A DNA stretch of 64,000 nt from Diplonema japonicum (GCA_964019335.1 OZ025676.1:1-64000), one strand, 5' to 3'; positions 10,363 through 23,903 are shown, counted from the first letter of the stretch. A program made the numbers and translations. The notes: generated from the letters alone by a model not told the origin.

Positions 10363-12024
10363 CTAGAATATCTTTTCCTTGAAACGGGTGACGGGAGGGG
10401 CGACAGGTGGTTTCCCTACCTGCGGCCTAATCATCGTTTCTGGCGAGATACACATGAGTGGTGTGGTTGGTGGCGTGAGGACGGAGTCGTCCACGGAAGA
10501 AACCTGCGGCGACGACAGGCCCTGTTGTGTCGTGTGAGCAAGGCTTGTGGAGTAGTCTACCTGTGAGGACTCGGGTGTTAGTGTCGAGGTGTGGAACTGT
10601 GTTACGTCGTTGCGGTGCAGGGCATGTGGCCTGTGCAGGGTGCTGCAGTCTGAGATGCATACTTTATTGTGGCAGGATAGACCTGCGGCGCGAGGACATC
10701 CTGCTGGATAGCCTTAAGTACAGCAGCAGCTCGCCCCTTCGGGGACGACTCTCCATCCATTTTGCACGGGTGGAGCAACGCCTTCGGCGACGGCGCCAGG
10801 GACGGTCTTCTCTTTCCACACTGCAGTGTCCATTAAGCTTGCACTATCTGTACATACCTCATCCTCCAGCTCCTCTAGCAGCGGTGGCGGTGAGTGCGAG
10901 ATCGAATTCGAGACGGAACGAGGTAACAGGAACTCGCACGGGTCGATGTGCTCCATGATGTCGATCTCACTGTCCTCGACCGTGTCCACCTCTCGCTCGA
11001 TCTTTCTGATGGCATCCTCTGCGAGGTCCAGGTGTACGGAGTCCACATAGGCATAAATCGTCACAGACTGCGTCAGCGTCATCTCTCCCCTTGGTGGCGG
11101 CTCTACAAACAGCGACCCCTGAGTGCATTGCTTTCATGACTTCCACATACCTGTTCTCTGGGAAGGATGGACCTACGCGCCTTAATAATGGCGCTTGCTG
11201 CTGCAGTGCTCACTCGGATAACACGCTTCGACACACCGCTCTGGCTCTGCATCGACAGCAGGTAAGCGATGGCCGACTCAACGACGTGCTGTGTGCTGTG
11301 TGCGGCGTTATGCAGCATACCTGCGGTCCGTAGATGTCAACACACTCGTCCACAGGACGGGAGATGACGAAGGCACCGGTTGTCTCTGTTAGATGCTTCA
11401 CGGAGTTGATCACCTCGAAACACCGACGGCGTGAAGACTTCACAGTTCTCTTGTTTCCAATGAACAAGTTGTCGAGCACGCCGTTAGCATACACAGGATC
11501 GAACCTCCCCACGATCTTGGCTTCAATGTTCATGTCGGCGAGGCCTTTGTACCTCGAGTCCCCCCTGCTCAGTCTCTTTCTTGAGAGCTCTACCAGACCT
11601 GGAGGCACGTTAATAATGAGTTCAGAATGCGGTCCAAGCTGCTGCTCCACCCACGCTTTGTGCTTGTGGAGCAGGCGCGGGGGCAAGGCGTGGCGGAAGT
11701 TCTTCTCTTCGAGCGTCTCGTTAGGATTGGTGGCAGGTGGCACGTACTTGTCGAGTTTCACGATCATTGTCTTGCCCCCCTCCGCAGGTGTGGGGACGAA
11801 TGCAAAGCCCTGCGTGATGGGCGTGGACGTCGGGCTCAAGACAGGGCTAAGGTAGCCACTTTGCTGGCAAGCGAACCTGGCCCCCTGGTCGACGGGGCTC
11901 ATGGGAGGTGATGCGACTGCAGTGTTTTAATTCTAAGATGAAATATACCTTGCAAGGAGCACGTGCTGAATACAGGCTGGTTTATCAGCGGCGACAGCAC
12001 CAAGGGCGTAGGAGTTCCTTCCAT
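10363..12024 (-). CDS. Multi-exon protein with possible degenerate KH-type RNA-binding domains
   Basis: Five short GT-AG introns join the ORF pieces in frame (MEGTPTP...IYGPQ|HVVESAIAYL...KEKIF*). The KH call rests on weak motif resemblance. Confidence 0.6.
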
Positions 12025-12079
12025 TGCTAAGAGTGTAACCTGTGATGCTTCAGTGAGAAGTCATGTCGCATGGAAATAA

Positions 12080-12420
12080 CTATTTCTTGTCGGTGTCCCA
12101 GACCGCTCTCTTGTTATCTTTTACCAAATCAGGACGTGCAATGTTAACCTGTGAACAGTAATAAGTGTCTGTCATCATACCTTCAGCACTTTTCCATACA
12201 ACTCAGCGCCATTCATATTCTCAATTGACGCAGAGGCATCCTCTGCTTGCTCCATCTCAACAAACGCAAACCCCTTGTGCCGCGATGATGTGGGGTTCTC
12301 TTTGGGCATATTCACAGGCAGGACTATGTCACCAAATGGGCGAAAGGCGCCCTCCACAATGTCTGCTGTCACCTCCTCAGCCAGACCACCTACATACAGT
12401 ACTCGCTTGTCATCTGCCAT
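12080..12420 (-). CDS. Stand-alone RRM protein related to the cyclophilin E (PPIE/Cyp33) RRM; intron 12149..12180
   Basis: KRVLYVGGLAEEV...FGDI...HKGFAFVE...MNGAELYGKVLK|VNIARP...AVW; no cyclophilin domain. Confidence 0.88.
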
Positions 12421-12522
12421 GTTTACCTGCGGTGATCTTACGGCGTGTACGGTGCAGTGGTATGCAATAAAACATCAACAAACTAAACAAATCAAGTCTC
12501 TGTACATCTTAAATGGTTGCAT

Positions 12523-13187
12523 CTATTTGCGGTAGCAGGCGTTGGCCTTGCTGACAGCCGCGAGAGACAGGCCCTGCGTGCCGCTTCTGCGCGATTTGTT
12601 GGGGTCAACGAACCTGCTCGAAGTGACGACAGCGGGCCTAACGCCCATATTGTGTGCCTTCATTGGCTGTTTCGGTGCAGCCAGCGAGGAGAGTCGTGCA
12701 GACGACCTCGAGACGTTGCTCCTCGTGCTCCTGTTGCTCTTGTTGCTTCGCAAAGAGTTCGACCTTGTTTTGTCGTCCCTCTCCGCACCGACAGAACCCG
12801 CCCTCCCTCTCCTTCCCATGCTGTCCGTCCTCTGACCCGGTAGTTGCATCTCTACCCGCATTTTATCCCTGCTCCTCAAGTCACTAGCCTTCAACGCCGA
12901 CTGCTCTTTGTTTCCTGTGACAGGATGTTTTTTCTTAAGCTTGCATACCTCGTACAGGTGCACGCGAGAAGTAGTAGTCCTGCGTGTTTGGTTCCTCTTT
13001 GTTTCTCAGAGCCCTGTTGTTATTATCAATGCATCATTGGCAATTCATACTTCAAAGTCAACGGGATAGCTGCTGTATTTCCTGGTGTCGTGAAGCTTCT
13101 GGAAGCTCTAGGAGAAGCCTCCTTGCCCTTCATCTGCGTGATGAATGCCGCAAGATCCGCAGCTGTCTCCAACTTCGTGCCCGCCAT
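12523..13187 (-). CDS. Basic, Ser/Arg-rich hypothetical protein (2 introns)
   Basis: MAGTKLET...; two GTATG introns restore a continuous frame. Confidence 0.65.
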
Positions 13188-13243
13188 GTTGTGTGTCCTG
13201 TGAAGTGAATAACGCAGGGTATTGGTTTGGAATAGATAACTAA

Positions 13244-13515
13244 TATATGAGTTAAAGGAAGTCTTTGTGAGACGCCCCCTTGTTCTCATCTTCTACCTGC
13301 ACCTATCCCCTTTCAGCAGCGGTTTCTCCTCCTTTGGTGGTCTTGCCGGCCTTCTCCCCAGCCTGGCCGCTCTTTCTCTTCGTTCTCTCGCCCATTGTCC
13401 TTTCAACGCCTCTAGGTCATGCTTGGTCTTCGGTGATGCAAATATCGCCCTCCTGTTCCATCCGATCACCGCCTTTGTCCTCCCGATGGACCGTAGTGTG
13501 TGCACCCTTGTGCTC
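13244..13515 (-). mobile_element. Longest retroposon copy (272 bp), TSD AACTAA; carries the 3' end of an ORF (…STRVHTLRSIGRTKAVIGWNRR…GDRCR*)
   Basis: AACTAA at 13238-13243 and 13516-13521; 3' 126 bp shared with the 4034 copy. Confidence 0.8.
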
Positions 13516-13540
13516 AACTAAACTACCGTTGTGTGTCGCA

Positions 13541-15453
13541 TTAAAGAGTGTACACCAACTGTTTTCTTTCAGACAAGATGGTGCTCTGCGCCTCCAGTCT
13601 AATCCGCTCCAAGGAGTTTTCTAAGTTGCTAATATGAGCTTGTTGGGCTGTTTTGTGCTCTGATCGAACACGACCAACCTTCACCCATTGCCGCTTTCTG
13701 TGGATTTCTGCCAGCCTGAGGTTAGGGTGCTCGGACGTGATGCGCTTCGTCTTCAGATTGAGGTACTGCTTTGTGCCATCTGACTGTGTTTGCGCCGACC
13801 ATTCGGAGTCCAAGGGTACCTCCGTCAGGCACACTTTTGTCATCTTTTCTTCCCACATCTTCCACTCCTTCTTAAAGTTCGATTCTTCATCCTGCACCGC
13901 CCTTCTTGCTCTAGCAAGCTCAGTTTCTAAGTTAATAACACCCCCCGCGTACTCCCTCATAGATCGTGCTGTTTTCCTGTCTTCGGCAATGAAGGACTTC
14001 AGCAGCAGCTGTTCTTGGTGCCGGATCTTTACCTAAAAGCATATTGGGCACTTGCTAACATACCGCTCTTAGATCCCGCATAACAGTTACTCGGTACCTC
14101 CGTACGATTGAACCTAGCAGCACACGCTGCAGAACCATCACAGCCCGTTGCCTTATTGCACAGGGCTTCCTTCCCTGCTGCCACCCTCTGAACACCTTTT
14201 GGATCTTCACACACGCCACGCACATCATAGGCAACGATGTCATGTCTGTTGTCGCCACCGTGTGCTCCAGTTGCTGCGTGCGTTTCTTAAGGAAAATTGA
14301 AAATTGATACCTGTCTGTAGCGTGCATCGTCAAGAAGGCCTTCCTTTCGACAGGATGCAACCCATTTCCTGGTGACTGTTCTCCAGTACTTTCGTTTTCG
14401 CCACCACCGCTGTATTCTGAACGAGGCTATGTGCCGCGATAATGGTGCTGGTGCCTTTTTAGGCAATTTCAAGTTCGCACCCTTCGCTGGCCCCTTGGTG
14501 CCCTCTTCCAACGTTGACGGTGTGATGGTTCTGGGTTTGTGAGCAGTGCCAAGATTGGGCAAGTGTGGAGAAGGGGCACGTGAGCTGTGCGTTGAGGCCG
14601 CATGGAGCTTATCTGTCTTTGCTGTGCCATTTACTTCGTTCTCCTTTGCTGCAGGGAGCATGGATTGCTTGTTATTGTGCGACTGCCTAAATGCTTGAAT
14701 CTTCTGTAACGTGATGCCAGCCTTCTTAACTTTCAGCAAGCAAGACGCGTCCATATTATTCCGTTCCACAGCACTTTCTGCAGCAGCCATCCAGTCTTTG
14801 CGTTGCTGCGCCATTCGGCTGCAACAGTGGATGAAAGGGTCCATGTCGGTGGCATGTGACTTGCCTATCTTCTTTCGCTTCATGTTAATTTCACATAAAT
14901 GAATTAACTGCGACATGTCATTAAGTGCAGAGAAGAGCAGAGGGTCGTAAGCACTGCTTGAAGTCAGAAGGGATTCGATTTTCTTGCGTGACGCTGTGGC
15001 GGCTTCGGCCTTATGATCTACAATTCCCCTCCAAAGGTTATCTCCTGCGCAAGAGTTGTAAGGGTTTCTTTGAAGTGATGCCGTCGTCAGTGAGTACACG
15101 GTACCTAGCTCCTCTTCCTCGATCCCTGAAAGCTCTGCCGTGCTGCCCTCCCACAGCAACTGACCGGACGGGACCGAGCCTATGCTCTGCCTCCCAGACA
15201 TCTGCATGTTACTGTCCTGCCTTGCAATTAGGCTCAACGCGCCCACCTCTTGATCGACGCGCCACTCCTCCTTGTAGATCATCCGCATGACCTCACTATC
15301 CCCCAGCGTGCCTTGATGTATTTGCTGAATGTCTGACTCTCTCTTGCATCCCATCCTTGCGAGCTTGTCGTATTCGCACCATTGTCGGCTTTTGTTTTGG
15401 AACTCTGTCTTCTGTGCATTCAAACCTATCGAGTCATGACATTTCTTCGACAT
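13541..15453 (-). CDS. Coiled-coil protein with IQ motifs and a C-terminal WW-like motif (multi-exon)
   Basis: RIQRWWRKR and KIQKVFRGW; SEWSAQTQSDGTKQYLNLKTKRITSEHP. Confidence 0.7.
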
Positions 15454-15539
15454 GTCCTGTTGAAATTGAGCAAGGCATCAAGAAACAATAGAGTACATGG
15501 TACATGGTACAAACATTATTACAACATAACAACAGTGTA

Positions 15540-17176
15540 CTACGTAGGTGGCATAACCACGTGGACCACGCCGCCCGTCGACAGCCCCATGTCTGTCAGT
15601 GTCTGGGCGTCGTCCCAAGACTTCCCATTGTGCACGATTCGCATGTACGTCAAGTCACCCCCCCATGCGTTCTGTGTTGCTTTTTGTGTGCGGTATGAAT
15701 ACCTGTATCTTAATCTTTATCTCCCTCACAGGTAGCGTGGTTGGCAACGACGTAAGTGTCATGGACTGTAAAAAGTAGTAGAAAAAGAAAACAGCATACC
15801 TTTCCGTCCAACGATCGGACTTCAATTGTGCACTGCTCTGTAGGTGCAGCTTCTGAACGCTGGGAAGGAGCCGGTGATGGTGGTGGCTGGACAAATGAAG
15901 CCACAGAAGGCGCTTGTGTTGTGGACGAGGCTGCAGAAGGTGCCACGTTAACAGCTACCAAAGAGACGTCGCTCTCCCTTCTGCCCCTCTCTCTTTGACT
16001 TCTTTGGCTTCTCGCGCTCTCTTGTCGACTCACTAGTACTGGTACTGGAGGTGCTGGTGCTGGTGCTGGTACAGGAGGTGTTGGTGCAGATTCCTCTCGA
16101 CGAGGCACTGGCTCAACTCTCTGCGAACCCATTGATGATATTTCTGCCCTTCCGCCCCTGTTCTGCATTTCGGCCCATTGTTTCCACTGCCCATCCTCCC
16201 TGCCCCAGCCTTCGCCGAAAGGCCGTTTATCCACAGGGCTGCTAGACGAGGGGTGTCTTCCTACCTCCATCTCCTCTTCATCCTCTTGCTTCTTTGAACT
16301 TTTGAAGTCGAACTTCGAACGGTTCTCTTGCACTGATCGCAGGGGGCTGCTGTCTGCTCTTGGCTTCGGCTTATTCTTTGGATCTGTTTTCTTCTTATAC
16401 CGCGATGCCGGCACTTGGCGCACTTCAAAGACAGGGTCGTTGGAGGGAACCACATCTTCAGGGGCAGGCGGAGTTCCCGAACGGTCAGTCGGTGTGCGAA
16501 CCTCGAATCTGCGGGGTGTTGTGGGTGCGATCTGCATGGGCTGGATATAGGGCTTTACATTAGCGGCAGCCTGCACCTCTGGAGCAGAATGTGCTGGTGT
16601 GTAAACAGGATTGGACGTAGCGTGCTCTATGTATCCTGGTGTGTATGCGGGTGGGTTTGGTGCTTGTGCGTACTGCCGGGGAGGGGAAATGGTAGCTGTG
16701 CTGTTGGGCTCGAGCTTCGAGGACATATTACCACAAGACGTGCACAACGCGTACTGGCCTTTGGCGTATGAGATCTGCTTCACCAATACACCTCCGCACA
16801 AACAGTTTTGAGTGCTTGAGAACATTGGCCTAGCCTGATGCTGAGGCGACTGATGCGACGAACTAACTTGCGGAGAAACCTGGGGTGCCACACGCGGGGG
16901 AGTGTTAGCGTTGTGTCCTAGTCGCATTGCCACACGATCAACGCTTTGGTGGAGGTGTTCGGGGCTGATGACTGCTGCGTCTGACCCATAGTACCGCGCC
17001 TTAGACGAAGCAGTGCCCTGAAGGATCTGCCAGGTTATGTTGTCGATCATCATCAACTTGATTTTAAGTTGCTGTGCAGTGTTGCCACGATGGTACTCCG
17101 CCAGCCCCATCTCGAATCCCGTCCACCCGAAGGCAAAGTCATTTGTTAGTTTTAATACAAGATCACGCTCGTCCAT
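15540..17176 (-). CDS. Pro-rich protein with a CxC...CxxC zinc ribbon and a C-terminal ubiquitin-like domain
   Basis: Spliced tail IEVRSLDGK|SMTL...VREIKIKIQ|NAWGGDLTYMRIVHNGKSWDDAQTLTDMGLSTGGVVHVVM. Confidence 0.75.
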
Positions 17177-17271
17177 CCCTGAGTGGTGTGGCAATATCAT
17201 TAAGTGGATAACAATGAAGTACCACCAGAAGGCAGCATATGCGTCATCGGAAGATGCTTCGCTCGCTGCCG

Positions 17272-17784
17272 TCAGTCCAACATGAAGACGCCCCCTTTGC
17301 GATAAAAGCCGTTTTTGATAACCGGTTTTCGCCCATGGTTTGCAAGGCCGGTGTTGCGCACAGGCGGAAGGTCCGAGCACTTCCAACCGATTGACTGAAA
17401 AGGAGGTTTTTTTTAAATCGAACGGCATACCTGGCTGGACGTGAGGGGATGCTTTTGCTTATTCTGTGGGGGTACCTTATTTCTGAGCTTAAGGTAAGCA
17501 GTTCTTCCACTCCCGTCCTTCGACACACCGTCAAACAGCACTGTGCGGTTTTCAACATTTGCCTCCTCCTCAGACCTCCTCGTCTCTGATTGCCTGTCAT
17601 TGTACTTGTCCGTCACAGTCCTCTCCAGATCCTCCAGATGCGGTGCATACTGCTTCCTCCATTCGTCTCGTATGATGTTCTCCTTGTTCACCTGAGCCTT
17701 CCAGCACTCAACCGACAATGTATTGCATCCCATACCCATGGCATGCGTGCTAGACTGCTTCTTCGCCTTTTGGTCCTGCACCAT
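17272..17784 (-). CDS. SPMIP1/ATP6V1FNB-like ciliary microtubule inner protein
   Basis: W..QVNKENIIRDEW; LFDGVSKDGSGRTAYLKLR; PLTSSQ|SIGW; FYRKGGVF. Confidence 0.7.
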
Positions 17785-17892
17785 TTTGTGCACACTTTGA
17801 AACAATTCTTTTTTTCTTTTTTGATTCGATGGTGCGACTCGAGAAAAAAAAGGACACGGACGTAGCAACCCCAACAGTGACTACGGACCATG

Positions 17893-17923
<31 letters not shown>

Positions 17924-18002
17924 GCAAAAAAAATGAAAGAAAAAAATGACTAAGACCACACAAAAAAGCTTAGCATTTTTCAGGTAAATGGACTCATTAC
18001 AG

Positions 18003-18972
18003 CTAGACAGCCTGGTCCTGCGGGAAAGTATGATGAGGGGTGCAAATACATACGAAATATTTAGCCTGCAAGGCCTCCGCTGCAGGGATGCGGTTGCTGG
18101 GTTCCCATTCCAAGAATTGGCGTAGCAAACTGTGAATTTTCTTTTAAAAAGGTGCGAGGTTGAGCATACTCTACTCCAGACGACTTTATCTTAGCGTTGA
18201 GAGAGGGGACAGTGTTGTTGGGCTCGTAGCTAACGAGGAAGTCAGATGAGGAGAGCAAGTCAGCGGAGAGGGGGTAGGAGTGCATGGACTGCCACACGTC
18301 CCGCGAAGGGGTCCCGAGCGTTTTGAAGATGGCGAGCAATTGATCAGGCTCCTTCTGCCCTATGAACAAAGGTACTCCTGTCGACATCTCAGCAAAGATG
18401 CACCCCACCGACCACATGTCGATCCCCGTGCCGTACGTGTTAGACCCAAGCAGCACATCGGGTGCTCTGTACCATAGTGTTACTGCTTCATGCGTGAATC
18501 TCTTCACAGGTATGCCTATGGCCCGCCCAAGACCAAAATCAGCTATTCTCAAACTACCTTTTTTGATAAGTAGGTTTTGCGGTTTCAAATCTCTATGCAA
18601 CACGTTCCGCGAGTGGCAGTAAGCCAAACCCTGCAGAAGCTCCTGCAGAAAGTGGCGGATGATGCCCGACTCGAGACTACCGTTGTGCACGTCGATGTAC
18701 TTCTTTAGGTCCTGCTCCAAGTGCTCGAACACCAACGTCAGTTTATGTAATGTGTAGATCACATCCAGCAGCTTCACAATATTAGGGTGCTTGAGCTCCT
18801 TGAGGAGCGATATCTCGCGTATGGCGGTGCAAGGCACCCCTTCGTCTTCGCCATCAAATCGTATCTTTTTCAGAGCAACGAGCTCCCCGCTGTCCTTGTC
18901 CTTTGCCTTGTAGACCACACCGAAGGCACCTTCTCCGATTTTATCGAGCTTTGTGTACTTCGTGCCCGACAT
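18003..18972 (-). CDS. Cyclin-dependent kinase, PCTAIRE/CRK1-like (2 introns near the 3' end)
   Basis: [46 protein letters not shown]. Confidence 0.93.
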
Positions 18973-19078
18973 GGTGCCCTGAAGTGTAGTAAATGCGAAA
19001 ACTAAATAGCGAAAAAGACCCAAAACCCAATTTCATCGTGACCGTGTAACCTACCTCACATCATTACGCCATGTGCAT

Positions 19079-19279
19079 CTAACCGATCTTTTCACTGCAC
19101 TTAGCAGTCTTGCACCACTCTACAGCCCCTCCAGGCCGAGTCAACGGACCTCTGTTCTGCTTAAACCGATACCCACGCACTTTGCACGGTTGCTGCTTGC
19201 TCCCAACGCCCAGCCCTGGCCCTGGCATCTGCATGCACACATCTCCCAGCGATCCTGTGTACACCTTAGACCATACCAT
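19079..19279 (-). CDS. Small hypothetical protein (66 aa)
   Basis: ATG follows CAACAG|GA, like other predicted acceptors; coding-like composition; no recognisable motif. Confidence 0.4.
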   Translation of the reverse strand: MVWSKVYTGSLGDVCMQMPGPGLGVGSKQQPCKVRGYRFKQNRGPLTRPGGAVEWCKTAKCSEKIG

Positions 19280-19689
19280 TCCTGTTGTGAGGTAGTGCAG
19301 TGGACCATAAAGGAAAGGAATAATAATATTAAAGTAGGCATAGACAAAAGAAAAGGGGCAGAGCAGGAAGGCATTCGTTGAAGCCGCTCTTTTTTATTTC
19401 TCTTTTTAAGAATAAGAAAAACATTGAATAAAAAAACGAGAAAGAATAAAAGTAAAACTAAACCATAAGCTTAGTGAGCGGAAAGTGAAACTGTAAAGTT
19501 GCATTTTTTTTCTTTTTTGGAGAGAGAACAAAGAATGTATGCCGCAAGGGCTAGCAGCGGCGTGCGCAGAATATTCACACACAGTTAAGTTTGCAGCGAC
19601 CTCCTTCAAAAAGGTCGCGTGCATCTTGTGCGAAGCAAGTCGAACCCTCGGAACAGTATGTACAAGGAACTTGAGCTTGATCAAGTGGC

Positions 19690-22319
19690 TTAGTTGGCGG
19701 GAGGCTGACTCAGCACAACTTGGTAGTACCCAGATCCGATTGCTACAAACTGCGAGACCACCTGAACAGGCTGCATGGGAATAGCCACTACAGGAGCCAT
19801 TGAGACTACATTAACACCGTCCTTCAGCAGCTGCACACTATCAACACTGTCAATAGCTTCCACAGTCTTCGCCTCGGGTGCCTTGTATCTTGCTGCGTAC
19901 TGCGGTTCTGCCTCATAAAATGACTTTGCCAGTGGGTTGGCTTCCTTGCACGCCAAGTTTTGCTGTCCGTTCCAAAGGCCCCTCTGCAGTGTGGTCACCA
20001 GTCGCGTGTCGTCAGCGGTGTCGCAGCTGTGGCTGCTCTTGTCGCCCTCTGTGGTGTCTGACGCAGTGGGGAGCGTCACACTGCTGATGTTGTCGTCGAT
20101 GTTGCTGTTCACGCTGTTCGTGTCCTCATACGCACCAACCAAGTCGTCCACCTGGTTCTTGAAAGCACCCATGCCCTGCAGTTCATCATACAGCGACGAT
20201 GCAGTGGCGGGTGGGTTCAGAGGGAGCTCGAAGTCCGACTGGCATAGCACATTCATCGCCTCGAGCAGCCTGTGTGCATGAGTGACGTGATGACCCTTAG
20301 CATACCCTGGCAAGCACGTCGTCCCGTCTTCAGTGATGCTGTTTGTGTGGCTCTCAACTAGCGCCTCCCTCAGCTTCGGGCTTTCTACAGGTGTTGCGTA
20401 GGCATTCTTCGAGTAGTCTTCGATGCGCTGATCGATTGCACCCACCGTGACGTCTAGAGGGTACGCTAGGAGGGGCTTCCTACTCTCTGATGGCGATAGG
20501 ACAGGTGTGACAGGAGAAACGTCGTGTGGATGAACCACAACTGGCGGAGAAACTTCTAATTGCTTGACAGTACTTAGCTCTTCCGTCGGTGGGAGCTTTA
20601 CTTTGGGCTTCTTTTCTTTCTTAACCTTTTCTTCGTCTTTCTTCTTGGTCTTGTCCTTCGCTGTAACAGCTATCGGGCTCTTCTTTTCTTCTTCCACCTT
20701 CTGGGGCTTCTTGATATCCTTGCGGCGTCTCCTTGCATCTTCTTCGCGCCTGCAGGAGCTGAAGGGTTCCTCACTCACATACCTGTATACTTCTTCGAGA
20801 ACCTTCCTTGCGTCACGTTCCCTGTTCTCGTGAGTCTTCTTTGTGTTAGAGCTCCCTTTTGATTTCTTTTCGGCTTCTTTCTTGGTCTTGCGCACAGGTT
20901 GCAAAGGTTTTTTCAGTGGAACGTGAGGTGGTGCTTCAGGCTCTGGTTCTTGGACCTTCTGTTCTTCCTGTTCCTGTATGCAGGCTTCCTGTTGTTCTCC
21001 TGTTTGGGGTGGTATCTCCACTCCTACCATATATGTGGCCTCTTGCTTATGCATTCCCACCCACAGCCCGAGGTAGGGGAAGATCATCAACAACCCGTAG
21101 CCAATCGTTGAAGCCGAAACTATGTAATATAGCGTACCCTGATCCTGGTTGTTGCACCATCTTATGGAGCTACTTAGGGTAATGAGGGACAAACATGTTA
21201 CAGCCATCACACTGCTAGGCTTCTTGATGTTCTCTTTTTGCTCTTGTTTTTCAAAGTAGCAAGCAAGGTAAACGTTGAAGACGCAATCAGCCAAGTAGGG
21301 CAGGGCCTTGCGGGGGATAGTCGTGTAGATGAGTCCATTGATTGAAATCAGTGAAAGCTGTGTGTGCCACCCCAAGGCTTGGCCGGTGTCTTTTTGGCTA
21401 ACAGCCAAGAAGGTAGCCGCGATCGGGATTGCCGACAACAGCATACTTCCCAATGGAATGCTGCTGGCCAGGTCCACAGCAAGGAAGAAGCCCCACACGC
21501 AACATATTTTACACCACTCATGGCGGCTCCACTGTGTTCCGTTCTGGTGCCAAGATGACAAGAAAGCATCGACCTCCAAACACCTTGCTACAAAAGATGA
21601 AACGGCGGCGATCTTCGATATAGTGCCGAGAACAATGTTCTTCCTGTGCTCCGAAAACAACGAATCTGCGGGGCCGTGAAAGTCAGAAATACACATACAT
21701 GAATTCAGTAACACGGTGATAGAGAAGGCAGCAGTGTGCGACAGCATGAGGCTACGCAGCGTTAGCTTGTGGTCGGTGTGTGCGAGGTCAGAGATGTTGT
21801 TGCCAAGTAGCAGTGCGGTCACGACGAAGAGTGATGTGGGCCTCAGTGCCTTCGACTGCAGCAGGTGGATGAAGATTTGGAGGCATACCCATTCCAGTGC
21901 TGCAGCTAAAAGCAGCGCATCGGCCACGGCAGCCACCCAATGCTGCTCTACGCACGTAGCAACAGCCACCCAGATCAAGTGCTCAACTACATCAGCGGCG
22001 GAGAAAGGCAGCTCATCATACGAACAGATGACAGAGTGCAACAAAAACAGCGGGGGGATGAAACTACAAGTGAAATAGATATAAATATAGCAAAACATAC
22101 TACTGCACAGGTACACCAGTGTCGGAGATGAAGAGCGCGTTGACTAGCAAAATGATCGCAGCAGCCACGATGATCATGACACTCTTTAAGGGGTCCTGCA
22201 CAGCGACCTCCTGTCCCCCGCGAGGGTACCCATGCACCCTGCCACAAGCTTGACAAGAACAACAATGTTCTTGGACTTGCGGTGCCAGACGGACAGCTGG
22301 AACCCGTCTGCGAGGCATA
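19690..22319 (-). CDS. Multi-pass membrane protein with a long charged, low-complexity C-terminal tail (5' exons uncertain)
   Basis: 808-aa open frame; hydrophobic N-terminal half, Lys/Glu-rich C-terminal half. Confidence 0.65.
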
Positions 22320-22404
22320 TAAAGTGTTAACCCTGTGGTACATTGAATACGCATGCGATGTCAACAATGATAACTAAGTATGATTATGATGACAGCTGTA
22401 ATAA

Positions 22405-23903
22405 CTAATGATTCCTGAAAACTGAGGACACGTCGTCGGTCACGCAGTAAACCAGCGGCTTACCCTCGTCACCAGAACCCAGCAGATACGTGGGCTTATC
22501 TTGCGAAAATTGCAGCGAGAAAACTCTCCCTTGGCCCAGGTTACGCGAGGAAATACCAACCGGCGAGTCGCCTCTCACATCCCAGAGCTTGACGTTAGCG
22601 TCAGCACCTGCGGTTGCCACGAGGCCGTTCACGGCCGGATTCACTGCAATGTTAGCTTCACCTTCGTGTGCCTGCACGCTCCACATGGCAGCACCTTGGT
22701 TCCTCAAGTCAAACTGCTTCAGCTCACCACTCTCCAAGGAGATCCAGACTTTCGTCTCATCAAAGGGTGAGACGGCAATGCACTGTGAAGTTTCTGGCGT
22801 TCCTTGCCAAAGCATACCTCTGGAGTGCCTCCGATATTCATGGAGCTCTGCGCTTTCTGAGTACGGCAGTCAATAACCTTTGCAGTTTGATCAAAGCTCC
22901 CAGTCATCAGAGCTTGCGGGTTCTGCTTGAACCACTGCAGACATTGCACGGGTGCCTGTTTTCTGTGATAATGACCTTCATCATACCTGATGCTGCTTGA
23001 AAGTGTGGAGGTTTTCTCCTGTAACCATGTCCCATAGCTTGACAGTCAAATCCGCACTGCCGGATGCAAGCACTCTCTTCACCTCTGTATTCCATCTGTG
23101 GGTTGTTGACATCGTGGTACATTTTGGGGGCATACTTCGCGCAAAGGACGGCATCTTTGTGGGATGACTTTTTGAGCATGCTTGGCGACAGCGTTTTGGC
23201 TCTGTAGTTGTCGGACTCCCTCTTGCAGCCGCCCAGGGTGACCACCGGGTCGGGGGCGTCGAGGACGTCGAGGTTCCAGACTTCGATGAAAGGGAGGAAC
23301 GTGGTGACGGCAGCATAAGAGCCGTCTTCAACAGCTGCGCCGTCTTTGCCCGGGCCCGTGGAGGACCAAGCGACGCTGAGGGGGATGGCGGGGAGGGCGA
23401 TGTCGTGGTGGAGGTAGATGTTGTCCTGCTCATCGTCGTAGATGTACACCTCAAGCGCCGAGGACCCCCCCTGCCTTTGATGCGTGCACATAAACACCAA
23501 GTCATCGCTCTTGATGTGCAAATCCTCTTGTTCACTCTCATCATCCGACTCTATGTCCTGGACACCGTCCGCACCTTGCACGGGCACGTCTAGCATCGGG
23601 CCGTCATATTCGTCGTCCTCATCCTCCTCCTCCTCAATCTCCTCCACTTCCTCATCTACTTCCACGTCCTTGTTGGAAAGCTCCTCCTCCCCCTCCGAGT
23701 CCATTTCCTGATCATCTTTGTTCTCCTCCGATGCAAGCATAGCTATCTTGCTCCTTGCTTTTTGTATCTCATCTGCTGTTGGTTGGTATTTCTCCGGCAC
23801 CTGTGTGAAGTACGTATTGCTCAACTGACGTTCACCATACCTTCTGACAGGCACCGCGCGGGATCCACACCCCACATGTCAACCCTGAAGGCCCTTCCGC
23901 CAT
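22405..23903 (-). CDS. PWP1: Periodic tryptophan protein 1 (WD40, ribosome biogenesis), multi-exon
   Basis: LTCGVWIPRGA, acidic linker, LEVYIYD...NIYLHHDIALPAIPL, IEVWNLDVLDAPDP, WD repeats. Confidence 0.88.

Noticed and set aside
15655-15705. Non-canonical intron in the ubiquitin-like exon
   Set aside because: Counting the 7-G run shows that the canonical GT-AG junction is in frame.
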